A stretch of DNA of 64,000 nt from positions 1-64,000 of the forward strand of contig JAVRCJ020000016.1 of NCBI GenBank assembly GCA_034530875.2, given 5' to 3'. The stretch's first letter is position 1. Each line of letters opens with the position of its first letter. Under the pieces are notes generated by a model. That model was given only the letters and a program-made list of their open reading frames with translations, was not told where the DNA came from and ran no database searches. Made by a program: the position numbers and the translations under genes. Origin of the DNA: Nostoc sp. DedSLP01. Lineage in GTDB: Bacteria; Cyanobacteriota; Cyanobacteriia; Cyanobacteriales; Nostocaceae. Below, one piece after another: positions 36,666 to 48,320 of this stretch.

Positions 36666-37223
36666 TTAACCATTGCTATTATCAATTAAACAGTCGAAAG
36701 CTGCGGGAATGTATTCTTGCAGCCTAAACTCATATCCGGCTGCTGACGAAGTAGCGAGAGCTTCTTGAGTAGCTGTCACCCCAATCATCTTTTTTGATAA
36801 GTCGCGAGAGCAGACAATAGCAACATCAAATCGGCAGGTATAATCTGCTTTTTCAGGATACTGGGCTAAAAATATTCCAGCAGTACGAGAAATTTTTGCT
36901 TGCTTTTGTGCGGTAATTGCGCTTCTTCCCCCTGCATCCCAACTGCCCGAACTGCGGGTTTTAACTTCAACAAATGCCAGTATTGAATTGGGAGTAGGGA
37001 GTGGGGAGTGGGGAGTGGGGGGTGAGGAGTTATGCTCTTTGTCCCCTCTGCTTGTCTGCTCCACACCTCCTCCAGAGTATTCGGCGATAATATCAATCTC
37101 CCCCCAGCGGCAAGAAAAGCGACGATGCAGAATTATCCAACCTGTAGATTGCAACCATTGGGCTACTAAGTCTTCTCCAAAATGACCAGATTTTAGATAA
37201 TGAGATGGAGGAAGGTTAGTCAT
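36666..37223 (-). CDS. YraN/UPF0102 family endonuclease-like protein
   Basis: GEDLVAQWL, GEIDII, FVEVKTR, CRFDVA; in-frame STRR-derived insertion. Confidence 0.9.
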   Translation of the reverse strand: MTNLPPSHYLKSGHFGEDLVAQWLQSTGWIILHRRFSCRWGEIDIIAEYSGGGVEQTSRGDKEHNSSPPTPHSPLPTPNSILAFVEVKTRSSGSWDAGGRSAITAQKQAKISRTAGIFLAQYPEKADYTCRFDVAIVCSRDLSKKMIGVTATQEALATSSAAGYEFRLQEYIPAAFDCLIDNSNG

Positions 37224-37237
37224 TGACTAAAAATATC

Positions 37238-37822
37238 ATGAATTCGATGAATTCTAGGTTAAGCGATCGCACAACAGTTTCTCAGCTCGACTCATCCCAT
37301 AATGAGTTGCAGTTGGGGCGTACAAGATATTATTTGATTTGGACAAGTATACTCAGCTTATTTCTTTGGGCAATAGTCGGCGTCACCGTAACCGTGGGTT
37401 TTGCTCCCCCAGCTTTGGCACTGGAATACAATAAAGAAATTTTGGTGGAAGCTGATTTTTCCGGACGCGATTTAACAGACTCCAGCTTTACCAAAGCTAA
37501 TCTTCGCCAGAGCAACTTCACCAATGCTAATTTAAGCGGTGTCAGTTTCTTTGCCGCAAATTTGGAATCTGCGAATTTGGAAGGATCTAACTTGAGAAAT
37601 GCCACTCTAGACTCAGCTCGCCTCATCAAAGCAAATTTGACAAATGCAATATTGGAGGGAGCATTTGCTGCTAATGCCAAGTTTGATGGTGCAGTCATTG
37701 ACGGAGCAGATTTTACTGATGTCCTACTGCGTCCAGACGAACAAAAAAAATTGTGCAAAGTTGCCAAAGGTACTAATCCAACTACGGGACGAGATACGCG
37801 TGATACGTTGTATTGTCCGTAG
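37238..37822 (+). CDS. Pentapeptide repeat protein (exported/lumenal)
   Basis: Signal peptide ending PALA; A(N/D)L/F pentapeptides; LCKVAKGTNPTTGRDTRDTLYCP. Confidence 0.92.
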   Translation: MNSMNSRLSDRTTVSQLDSSHNELQLGRTRYYLIWTSILSLFLWAIVGVTVTVGFAPPALALEYNKEILVEADFSGRDLTDSSFTKANLRQSNFTNANLSGVSFFAANLESANLEGSNLRNATLDSARLIKANLTNAILEGAFAANAKFDGAVIDGADFTDVLLRPDEQKKLCKVAKGTNPTTGRDTRDTLYCP

Positions 37823-37971
37823 TAAGTAGGGTATGGGGCAATGGGCATTGGGCATTGGGCATTAAAAAGTCAAAAGTCAAAAGTTCTTTAATGCGTGAAT
37901 TTTGAATTTTGAATTGATTTATCTCCCTCATCTCCCTATTCCCCACTCCCCACTCCCCACTCCCCACTTTT

Positions 37972-38349
37972 CTACCAACCACCAGCACCAAGCTTTTCAC
38001 AAACAAATTGCATTCCTTTGCCTGGTGAAGAATCTGCGACAAAAGGTATTTCTCCTGTTTCCTTATCCTCTTGAAGTAGCTCTCCCTCGGAACCGTAAAT
38101 TGCTATGCGATTGAGAAAAAGCCGCGATTCTGCACACGATGCATCGAATGTAGTCTCAAAGATACCATCTCCATAGATGCCGTAAAGTTTGTATGTTGTA
38201 CCTTTAATACTTGTCGTGTCTAGGGCTATGTCATTTCCTAATTTATCGTGACCTACAGTCACATACCTTTGTCCATCTTCAGCGATGGCTGCACTACTGC
38301 TCAATAAAATAGCGATCGCTCCCACAATGCCGCCTATCTTAAAAGACAT
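37972..38349 (-). CDS. Secreted hypothetical protein
   Basis: Signal peptide ending AIA; 125 aa with two Cys. Confidence 0.7.
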   Translation of the reverse strand: MSFKIGGIVGAIAILLSSSAAIAEDGQRYVTVGHDKLGNDIALDTTSIKGTTYKLYGIYGDGIFETTFDASCAESRLFLNRIAIYGSEGELLQEDKETGEIPFVADSSPGKGMQFVCEKLGAGGW

Positions 38350-38494
38350 ACAATTTAAAAATATAAGATTTTATCTATTTCTACTCCCGAACCCAGAGAT
38401 TTTGGCACTGTACAAGCACTGAAATCAAGATATAGCAAGGTGTTATACTGTTTTCTAATACCTTGTGGGAAGCCTAAAGCACTAGATAAATTGA

Positions 38495-38728
38495 GGACAC
38501 TACCCAATTCCTCCTTTAGGAGTTGAACTAGGTTTATGGCAAGGAAGTTATTTGAATAATTCTGAGTAATTTTGGTTGCGCTGGTGGGATTTAGAGGAAA
38601 AGCTGTTACTGCTTTGTAAAGAAAAAGCCGAGCTATAAAGACAAAAGGCACAGCAAGCAGAACAAAAAGCTGCACAATTAGCAGAACGCCTCAGAGCAAT
38701 GGGTATCGACCTAGATTTAGTAGAGTAA
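38495..38728 (+). pseudogene. 3' remnant of a Uma2-family endonuclease gene
   Basis: GHYPIPPLGVELGLWQGSY...E*FWLRWWD...EL*RQKAQQAEQKAAQLAERLRAMGID; two internal stops, no 5' part. Confidence 0.8.
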
Positions 38729-38739
38729 TATTTACTAAT

Positions 38740-38925
38740 TTATGGCAAGCCGAAAAACTTAGTAATCATGGGCAAAAGCTGACCACAAACTTCAACTAAT
38801 TTCACTGTAGAAGGCAAATCAGGGATCGCACTTTCAATCACTTGAGGGTTGTTTTTGCTATCTTCTGGGTTTTTACCTGCCTGGGCGATCGCTTTTACTT
38901 TTTCTAAAGCTTCTGCACTGTTCAA
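38740..38925 (-). pseudogene. C-terminal fragment of a cyanobacterial helical domain protein
   Basis: AEALEKVKAIAQAGKNP...LPSTVKLVEVCGQLLPMITKFFGL is a recurring C-terminal module; the upstream part overlaps another gene out of frame. Confidence 0.5.
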
Positions 38926-38926
38926 G

Positions 38927-39268
38927 TTATTCGGCCTTTTGTAATTCATCATCATTTTCAGATTTATTATGTTTTTGTTCCTGAAAATCATCAAATAATG
39001 CAAATAATTTATCTAAAGCATCACGTTCATCTGCTGAGTAAAATAATAATAAGTTCGCCCATGTATGATTTGTCTTTACAGGACATATTTCTTTTATCCA
39101 CTCTAGAAACTCATCAAACTGTATTTCCTCTTCTGTTTTGGATAATCCAAGATTAATTCGCGCTATCTCATAACCTTGAAGGAATGAGTTAAAATCGAAA
39201 ATACTTTTTCTGCTTAAATACAAACCCGGTCTTCTTCTAATTTCTTTCAAAAGTTCGTAAAACTTCAT
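38927..39268 (-). CDS. Hypothetical protein (immunity-protein-like)
   Basis: LLKEIRRRPGLYL...FLQGY...FLEWI...W...ALDKLFALFDDF. Confidence 0.65.
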   Translation of the reverse strand: MKFYELLKEIRRRPGLYLSRKSIFDFNSFLQGYEIARINLGLSKTEEEIQFDEFLEWIKEICPVKTNHTWANLLLFYSADERDALDKLFALFDDFQEQKHNKSENDDELQKAE

Positions 39269-39577
39269 TTTTAACTCAGATGCTAGCACTATTTGTAAAA
39301 ATGAACAGCTTGTAAATAATATTCATTTAGACCTGCCTTGAAAATAGGGACTGGGAACTGGGGACTGGTGACTAGGAAAGAAATATTTTCATTCCTTCGT
39401 TGTGAATTGTATTGATGGAGTCTCTTGCAAAAGTCACTATTTTTATCTTTTTCTTTACGCCTTTGCACCGCAGTCGTTCATGGTAAGAACCCCCAAGACC
39501 ATGCTACCTCGCCTTTGGGTGAGACAAAAAATATTGATGCAAGAGGTCTATTAGCTAAAAATGTGTGGCAAGAATAT

Positions 39578-41332
39578 TTATTTAACGCTCCTAAACCACT
39601 CAGTAATCCCCTGAGCGATCGCATTTGCCATTTTCTTCTGTTCTTGTGGGTTCACTACCTCCTCAAATTCATCGGGATTGCTCATAAAACCCAATTCCAA
39701 CAACACCGATGGCGCAGCATTGGGACGTGTCAGCGCCAGGTTATCCCAAAATACCCCATAGTCGGGTCTACCGAGGTTTTTAACTACATAATTTTGTAAA
39801 AATATTGCCAGACTGTGCGCTTGGGGATGATACCAAAAAGCGGCGAATCCTTTAGTTTTTTCAGCATCGCCATCATCCGGTAGAGAATTATGATGTATGG
39901 AAATAGCGATCGCTGGTTCTTCTCGATTAATAATTGCTTGACGCTCCACTAAAGAAACTTCCTTGTCGTCCTCCCGCGTCATCACCACGGTTGCCCCTCG
40001 CTTCACCAACTCGTCCCGCAACAACTTGGAAACTACCAAATTGACATCTTTTTCTAAATATCCAGTTGGGCCACTGGCACCAGATTCTTTACCTCCATGC
40101 CCTGGATCTAGTACAATCTTGAGATTAGCTAAAGGCTTTCGTCCTGTGTTCCCAATTTTAGGCGGATGACGCAAAGCCAAAACCAGGGTTGTACCGTCGT
40201 ATCTCAGCTTATATCCCCACTGTTGAGCTTTTTTGAGGTTAAAGGTGTATTTTACTCGATCTGGTGTCTCCTGCTGCCAATCTAGGCGAGAAATTAGGGG
40301 GTCATCACCCAAACGAATAATGTCCGTTTGGGCAGTAGTATTGTAGAGAGTGAGAGTAAAAGTGCGATCGCTCTGTTGTACGCTCACAGGTACGGGGATT
40401 TGTAAGGGGAAAACCATCTCTGTCACGCCAGAGAGTTGACGGTATCCGACACTGCGAATTATTGTTCGTGGCGGAACTGCACCGGGTAAAATGCGGGTTT
40501 CCTGACTATTAATCCAAGCTCCATAGTCTAGGCGCAACCATTCACCTTCCCTACCTGTAACTGTTGCTCGTGTGCTTTTGGGCAGTGGTGTGAGTCGAGA
40601 ATAATCGGTACTGGGGCCAGTGCGTGCTACACCTGCGTCTGCCGTCACCTCAGCAACTGGTAATTCTGCTGCGGACAAGATTTGAACTTTACCATTTCCT
40701 GGTTGAGTTATGGTCTTGCCCTTAAGCGTCAGTTGAAACTGGGGTTGTCCTAAATCGCCGGGATCTGTCACTGTGGTGCAACCTTTGTAGTCACCTACGC
40801 TAGACTGGCCATGAGGCTGATTTTGCCCCGTCAAAGCTGCCAAATTATTTGGTAGTTGAGCTTGTTGTGGTTGGGGGAAAAGGGTAACAGTTTGATTACC
40901 CAGCTGGACAGATACACTGGCATTAGGCGGTGCGATCGCGCTAAAACAAATAAGTTCTCCCGGTAGTCTGGCAATGTCAGCTGCGGGAATGAGGGAACCT
41001 TTTGCGAAGGCTAAACCCTGTGGAAGTTCAGGTACAGTGGCAACCCTTGTCACCTTAATCTGGATTTCGCGATCGCGGTAACGCACAGTAAACAGATTCT
41101 CTCCCAACTGCAAGGGTAAACTCGGAGAAAAATGACCAGCTTTGCTGCGGGTAATTGGCTTACCATCGATCGAAACTTCTCCATCGGGAGATGCTGTGCC
41201 CAGAAAAAAGATTTTTTGGGCACTTGTTTGGTAGTTATTCTCGGGAAAAACTACTACGAGAGATGGCTGTGCTAAGGCTACGGAGGAGGTAAGAATACAA
41301 CCTAATACTACTAATCCTAAGAGGTTTTTCAC
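39578..41332 (-). CDS. N-acetylmuramoyl-L-alanine amidase (Amidase_3) with SH3-like domain
   Basis: IVLDPGHGG, EKDVNL, SIHHNS, SVLLELGFMSN; signal peptide; start uncertain (41332 or 41374). Confidence 0.92.
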   Translation of the reverse strand: MKNLLGLVVLGCILTSSVALAQPSLVVVFPENNYQTSAQKIFFLGTASPDGEVSIDGKPITRSKAGHFSPSLPLQLGENLFTVRYRDREIQIKVTRVATVPELPQGLAFAKGSLIPAADIARLPGELICFSAIAPPNASVSVQLGNQTVTLFPQPQQAQLPNNLAALTGQNQPHGQSSVGDYKGCTTVTDPGDLGQPQFQLTLKGKTITQPGNGKVQILSAAELPVAEVTADAGVARTGPSTDYSRLTPLPKSTRATVTGREGEWLRLDYGAWINSQETRILPGAVPPRTIIRSVGYRQLSGVTEMVFPLQIPVPVSVQQSDRTFTLTLYNTTAQTDIIRLGDDPLISRLDWQQETPDRVKYTFNLKKAQQWGYKLRYDGTTLVLALRHPPKIGNTGRKPLANLKIVLDPGHGGKESGASGPTGYLEKDVNLVVSKLLRDELVKRGATVVMTREDDKEVSLVERQAIINREEPAIAISIHHNSLPDDGDAEKTKGFAAFWYHPQAHSLAIFLQNYVVKNLGRPDYGVFWDNLALTRPNAAPSVLLELGFMSNPDEFEEVVNPQEQKKMANAIAQGITEWFRSVK

Positions 41333-41393
41333 GGGAAGCTTGTGGAAGATTCGATCGCAGTGACTATGGCACAATAACTGGATGTATTTTTAG

Positions 41394-43049
<1,656 letters not shown>

Positions 43050-43214
43050 CAATTAAAAATTCAAGTTGTACTTTCACCGCACCTTTGGTGCGACTCAAAA
43101 TTCAAAATTAATTTTTTAGATTTTGAATTAATCGATAGCAACATTAACTTAGGGCTTGGGTAGATTTGAAATACAGGGTGCATCATTTGTAAGTTTCGGA
43201 CTTGAGGAGATGTT

Positions 43215-43637
43215 GTGACGTACTGGGTGAAAATCCTTTACGAGAGGAAAGAATATGTAGTAAATTTTGAGCATGTCCATGCTTTTTGTTATGAAAGAAA
43301 TGGCCGGCTTACTTTTTGGTTACCTGATAGTGCCATTCCCATAGTGATTAATCCCCAAAATAATCTGGAAGATTATCAAAAGGTTATTAATTATATAGAA
43401 TGTGTTACTGAATTGGAATTAAATCATGCCCATTGGGTGAAAATTCTTTACGAAAAAAATGAATATGTGATTGACCTCAACTGTATCAGTTCTTTTTGTC
43501 ACGAACCGAATGGTAGGATAACCTTCTGGTTACCAGATGGCACTATTCCGATCGTTATCAATCCTGTGAGTAATCCTGAATCATATCAAAAAGTCGTGAA
43601 ATATGTTGAGAAAGCAACAGGATATTTTTTGTCTTGA
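43215..43637 (+). CDS. Hypothetical protein made of two tandem homologous domains
   Basis: WVKILYE...NGRLTFWLPD / WVKILYE...NGRITFWLPD. Confidence 0.8.
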   Translation: MTYWVKILYERKEYVVNFEHVHAFCYERNGRLTFWLPDSAIPIVINPQNNLEDYQKVINYIECVTELELNHAHWVKILYEKNEYVIDLNCISSFCHEPNGRITFWLPDGTIPIVINPVSNPESYQKVVKYVEKATGYFLS

Positions 43638-43703
43638 AATTCTTGTGTAGTAGAACAAGATAATAATAAATTTGAAAAACAGATTTAGTATTTGCTTTAT
43701 AGC

Positions 43704-45149
43704 TCACCGCCATTCGTCAAAAATTTGCTCGATCCGTTCAATTGCCATGTCTGCTGCTTGCTCTGGAGATATATTATTGACAACTATTCGGTTGAGAGCA
43801 TTACCCCAAACATTCTCTTGTAAAACTAGGCTGTAAGCAGGGTTTTGGACAATATAAAATGGGCGAGTTTGACCTTTAGTCAGTGTTTGAGTTGCAGTAA
43901 AAAGATGCGGATCTGCTGGATTTGTCCAAAAGGGGTCTTTCCAAACAGGCTTCATTATTGGTAAGTACCGACCTCCGGTAGCTTTGAGATAGTTTCCAAT
44001 TGTTTCAGGTTTAATAAAATAGGCGAGAAAGTCCTTTGCTACCTTCTGGTTTTTAGACTTGGCAAACAAAACTATTTCATTAACTGAGACTAAGTAGCGC
44101 ATCGGTTGACCATTGGGTTTGTTCGGAAATTCTAGGATACCAAGCTTGTGACGATAGATGTCAGGCTGTTGGCGGACAGCAGCAGGAATCGAAAGCGAGG
44201 AGTTAGGCGTCATAACCACGCCACGATTGAGCAAGCTGCGATTATTATCTGGATTTAACCAGTTCACTGCGTCTGGTGGTACGTAGCCCTGTTGGTAAAA
44301 TTTCGCATACCACTCTAAGCTGTCAACAATACCTTGACGTACCTTAGGATCGTTGAGGAGAAGTTGACCTTTGGAGTCTAAAATTTCAACATTGTATGCC
44401 TCTAAAATCTGCTCAAACAAGTAGTAGGTATCTGTAGATCCAGTAGAGAAAGCAAAGCCTAAACTGTAAATATTCTGTTTTTGCTTTGCCCGGAGTTCAT
44501 CCTGCACTTGTTTCCAAAACTCCCAGAAGGCATCCCACTCTTTGGGGATATTGCTTTGAGTCCGACCTACTTGCTGTAGCAAGTCTCGCCAGTAGAAGAT
44601 GTGAATTGTTAATTGATTAATTGGAACTCCATAGTAGCTCCACTTTTTATCAACGTTGTTATATAAACGAACGGCTTCCAGCACACCTTCAGAATAAAGA
44701 CTTTTGAATGGCTCAATTACATCAGAGACATCTGCCAGTTTGCCTTCCCAAGCAAGACGTGGATACAGCTCCCTCTCAGCACTGCTACTTATTACTATAT
44801 CAGGCGGATTGCCTGCCTGAAGTGCCCTTTGAGTCTTTTGTGGCAACTCATCGTTAGCATAAAAAGAAAGCTTAATTTTCTTGCCGCTTTGGTGCTCCCA
44901 GTTGCTAATAATCTGCTCGAGGGCTTCATCTTCTTCCAAAGTATAACCTTTATCCGACCAAATCTTCAGGACTCTACTGTTAATAGGAAATTCAGTAACT
45001 GAGGATTGATTAGATTTTAAAGTATTAATGCAAACAACAATTATCAAGCTGAGTATTAATCCCACAAGTATATATCGATGACTAGCTTTTATTGCCATTA
45101 CAGTAAAGGTTTGCTTGCCTGTTTGCTGATTCTTAAAGCCTTTAGCCAT
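43704..45149 (-). CDS. ABC transporter sugar-type substrate-binding protein
   Basis: N-terminal TM anchor, AGNPPDI, GKLADVSDVI, SPEQAAD; start uncertain. Confidence 0.85.
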   Translation of the reverse strand: MAKGFKNQQTGKQTFTVMAIKASHRYILVGLILSLIIVVCINTLKSNQSSVTEFPINSRVLKIWSDKGYTLEEDEALEQIISNWEHQSGKKIKLSFYANDELPQKTQRALQAGNPPDIVISSSAERELYPRLAWEGKLADVSDVIEPFKSLYSEGVLEAVRLYNNVDKKWSYYGVPINQLTIHIFYWRDLLQQVGRTQSNIPKEWDAFWEFWKQVQDELRAKQKQNIYSLGFAFSTGSTDTYYLFEQILEAYNVEILDSKGQLLLNDPKVRQGIVDSLEWYAKFYQQGYVPPDAVNWLNPDNNRSLLNRGVVMTPNSSLSIPAAVRQQPDIYRHKLGILEFPNKPNGQPMRYLVSVNEIVLFAKSKNQKVAKDFLAYFIKPETIGNYLKATGGRYLPIMKPVWKDPFWTNPADPHLFTATQTLTKGQTRPFYIVQNPAYSLVLQENVWGNALNRIVVNNISPEQAADMAIERIEQIFDEWR

Positions 45150-45311
45150 TGGACTAGCTTTGGTTGGGAATAACATACTCATTTTTGATGATTTTTGTCT
45201 CAGAAATAGTAAGGTTTTTACCTCCTGCCTCCTGCCTATAAAGTTTATCAAACAGAATAAAGCCATCAGTCGTCAGAATTCAGAATTAATACGGTAATCG
45301 ACGCTAACGCA

Positions 45312-46208
45312 TTACATCAATTCTGAATACTTTTGCCATGCCAACTTTGCTGCACCCACCATCCCAGCAAATTTTCCTAACTGGGCTGGCAAAATCTGTA
45401 AACCCTCTCGTGATAAAGGCTGCACTCGCTTCTCAATTTCTGCTTTTATCGCTGGGAAGAAAAACTCAAAGCTACCACTAATACCGCCACCTATAACGAT
45501 CGCTTCTGGTGTCAGCACATAAACCAAAGTTGTCAAACCAATACCCAAACACTTACCATATTCTTGCCAAAAAGTCAAGGCTTCAGTATCTCCTTGTTCG
45601 GCAAGCATACCCAATTCGATGGGTTCCTTGAGAGTACGGCGACGAATGGCAGTAGCGGAGGCATATTGTTCCAAAGAGCCTTGATTGCCACTATTGCATA
45701 TTGGGCCGTCAGGGTTGAATGAAATTAAACCGAGTTCTCCAGCAGCTCCTCGATGTCCAACAAATAATTTGCCATTGAGGATAACTGCGCCACCAACTCC
45801 AGTCCCTAAAGTGAGGAGAATCAAATTTTGAAAGTTGCGACCTGCTCCCAACCAAGCTTCTCCCAAAAGCGCGCAATTAGCATCATTACCAATTACAGTG
45901 GGTTTGCCAGTTTTACTTTCCAACCAGTCTGCTAAAGGCACATCGATCCATCCAGGTAAGTTGATGGCAATTTTCGCAATCCGTGCCGCAGCATCGGCCG
46001 GCCCGGGAGTTCCTACACCAATGGCCACAGCTTGATTCTCTGGATCGATTTGAGCGATCGCATCTACTAACACCGCCAGCACCGCTTCCGGCGTTGTTGG
46101 TTGCGGAGCTGCCAAAGTCAAAGATTGCAAGCAAGTACCATCAACTGCAAAGCGCCCCAGCTTAATTGCAGTTCCCCCCACATCAATGCCAATTACGTAA
46201 TTAGTCAT
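45312..46208 (-). CDS. ROK family sugar kinase
   Basis: IGIDVGGT, NDANCA, TLGTGVGG, GELG...CNSGNQGSLEQY. Confidence 0.93.
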   Translation of the reverse strand: MTNYVIGIDVGGTAIKLGRFAVDGTCLQSLTLAAPQPTTPEAVLAVLVDAIAQIDPENQAVAIGVGTPGPADAAARIAKIAINLPGWIDVPLADWLESKTGKPTVIGNDANCALLGEAWLGAGRNFQNLILLTLGTGVGGAVILNGKLFVGHRGAAGELGLISFNPDGPICNSGNQGSLEQYASATAIRRRTLKEPIELGMLAEQGDTEALTFWQEYGKCLGIGLTTLVYVLTPEAIVIGGGISGSFEFFFPAIKAEIEKRVQPLSREGLQILPAQLGKFAGMVGAAKLAWQKYSELM

Positions 46209-46322
46209 TAGTCATTAGTCATTAGTTATTAGTCATTGGGCATGGGGCATTGGTCATTCTCCACGTCCACGCATCTCCATCATCTTTCCACTCCCCACTC
46301 CCTATTCCCCACTTCCCAGTCA

Positions 46323-46526
46323 TCAGGGTTTTGGAATATTAGGACGAAAATATTCTAAATCTTCTGTTTTATTGGGTGCGATTCGTAAGTTAGCAACAGT
46401 CGCGGTACGAATACTCGATTGCTCTTGCCAAGCTGTAACTGGAGTACCTCTTAAGATACCAGCAAGGGCGACCGAAAGCATAAACCCGCCAGTGGCGGCG
46501 GCAATTAATGTCAGGTTATCTTTCAC
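46323..46526 (-). CDS. Small membrane protein, hypothetical
   Basis: Hydrophobic N-terminus LIAAATGGFMLSVALAGIL. Confidence 0.55.
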   Translation of the reverse strand: MKDNLTLIAAATGGFMLSVALAGILRGTPVTAWQEQSSIRTATVANLRIAPNKTEDLEYFRPNIPKP

Positions 46527-46680
46527 ACAAATCTCTCTACTAATTTGTTATTTGTTCAGTTATCAGTTGTCAGTTGTCAATTGTCTTTTGCAAATGACTA
46601 AGCGCAAAGTCTGAGCGGAGGTTTCCTCCGATCGGAACTTTGTAAGAGAAGACCAATGACTAATGACTAATAACTAATGA

Positions 46681-47577
46681 CTACTTTCGGATTCTATTTT
46701 CTCTTCGTAAACGAGGATTGACAAATTCATTTAAACCTTCACCGAGTAGTGATAACCCTACTACCATGCATGTCATTGTTAAACCAGGGAAAAGGGTAGT
46801 CCACCAAATGCCAGTAGGTAAAGCTTCTAATGCTTGTTTTAAATCGTATCCCCATTCTGGTACTTCTTCTGGAAGCCCTAGCCCCAAAAAGCCTAAACCG
46901 CCCAATACTAAGATTGCATCGGCGGCGTTGAGGGTGAAAAGTACGGGTACGCTTTGAATGACGTTGAAAAATAGATATCGAGAAAGGACAGTCCAAGTAG
47001 AAGCCCCCATTGCTTGAGCAGCTTCTATGAACACTTCAGTTTTGACGCTAACGGTGTGGTTGCGAACAACGCGGTAATATTGGGGGATGTAAGCAATGCT
47101 AATGGCGATCGCTGCATTTAATATTCCCCGCCCCACCACAAACGCCAGTGTCACAGACAACAATAGCCCTGGTAGAGTGTAGATGCTATCCATAATAAAC
47201 AGCAACACTTTATCCAATTTTCCGCCCAGATAACCGCTGAGCATCCCCAAAGGTACGCCGATAATCATACTCAACGCTGTCGCCAAAATCACCACTTGCA
47301 AAGCGGCTTGAGCGCCGAACAAGGTGCGGGAGAAGACATCATAACCCAGGCGACTAGTACCAAACCAATATTTTGCCGATGGTGGCTGGTGAATTGGATT
47401 TGAGAGAAAATCTTTCGGGTTCTGTAGCCATCCCCAAGCCTGGAATACAGGAGCGAAGAATGCCAGAAATACGAAAAATAGGGTAATGGCTAACCCTATA
47501 AGCATGAGTTTCTGGGAAAGATTGGGATTTTTAGCAAACTGGAAAAATATCGGCAGCTGCCGTTTTGTTATGGCCAT
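46681..47577 (-). CDS. ABC transporter permease (DppC/OppC type)
   Basis: FGTSRLGYDVFSR, EAA loop FIEAAQAMGAS, PEWG. Confidence 0.92.
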   Translation of the reverse strand: MAITKRQLPIFFQFAKNPNLSQKLMLIGLAITLFFVFLAFFAPVFQAWGWLQNPKDFLSNPIHQPPSAKYWFGTSRLGYDVFSRTLFGAQAALQVVILATALSMIIGVPLGMLSGYLGGKLDKVLLFIMDSIYTLPGLLLSVTLAFVVGRGILNAAIAISIAYIPQYYRVVRNHTVSVKTEVFIEAAQAMGASTWTVLSRYLFFNVIQSVPVLFTLNAADAILVLGGLGFLGLGLPEEVPEWGYDLKQALEALPTGIWWTTLFPGLTMTCMVVGLSLLGEGLNEFVNPRLRRENRIRK

Positions 47578-47618
47578 AAAGCGATCGCCTGGATCGAGGA
47601 AGATACGCTGACCATTTT

Positions 47619-47765
47619 ACATATTGGGGACTGGGGATTGGGGACTGGGGACTGGGGATTTGGTAAAAATGTTACATATTGGGGACTGGGGATTTGTAAA
47701 GATGTCCCATAAATTTGAGCGACTGGGGACTGGGGATTAGGGATTTAGTAAAAATGTCCCATAAA
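47619..47765 (+). repeat. GGGGACT STRR array interleaved with three degenerate GGGATTT-GTAAA-ATGT-CAT units
   Basis: ACATATTGGGGACTGGGGATT twice; ATGTCCCATAAA twice. Confidence 0.75.
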
Positions 47766-47791
47766 ATTGAAGGACTTTAGATTGTGATGAT

Positions 47792-48196
47792 ATGCAAGAT
47801 AGAAGCTTTGAGTCTTTAGACTTCTATCAAGACAGCCTCAAGCTACTAAAAGCGGCTTATCGATTAGCAGATAGTTTGCCGAATTGTGAGCGTTACAATT
47901 TGAGCGATCAATTACGAAGAGCAGCTTGTAGTGTTTTACTGAACATAGCTGAGGGTTATGGACGCTATCACTATTTAGATAGATTGCGTTTTATGTACAT
48001 TGCTCGCGGTTCATTGACTGAAACCAAAAGCGCTTTCATTATTGCTGAGAGTTTAGGGTACTGCAATACAGAACAATTAAACTGGGTCAGTCAGCTTAAA
48101 GACCGGATTGAAAAAGGTCTTAACGGTTACTGTCGTTTCATTCGTTCCCAACAGCAGGGTAAAGAGGAGTACGGTACTCAGCTGGGTGACTGGTGA
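47792..48196 (+). CDS. Four-helix-bundle protein (23S rRNA IVP/bAvd-like family)
   Basis: FESLDFYQ, ERYNLSDQLRRAACSVLLNIAEGYGR, FMYIARGSLTE. Confidence 0.92.
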   Translation: MQDRSFESLDFYQDSLKLLKAAYRLADSLPNCERYNLSDQLRRAACSVLLNIAEGYGRYHYLDRLRFMYIARGSLTETKSAFIIAESLGYCNTEQLNWVSQLKDRIEKGLNGYCRFIRSQQQGKEEYGTQLGDW

Positions 48197-48265
48197 TTGG
48201 TGATTAGGGATTGGGTTTGGTGATTAGAGATTGGGTATTAGCAGTTAATAAAAGAATTATTTCTT

Positions 48266-48320
48266 AGTCCCCAGTCCCCAGTCACCAGTCCCCAGTCCCC
48301 AGTCCCCAGTCCCCAGTCCC
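48266..48320 (+). repeat. AGTCCCC STRR array (inverse of the 47625 array)
   Basis: About 8 tandem heptamers. Confidence 0.85.

Noticed and set aside
47619..47765. Repeat-spacer-like pattern as a mini CRISPR array
   Set aside because: Units are degenerate and STRR-based, the intervening parts are themselves repeated, and no cas genes are present.
47792..48196. Avd-like gene as evidence of a diversity-generating retroelement
   Set aside because: No reverse transcriptase and no template/variable repeat pair seen in the window.
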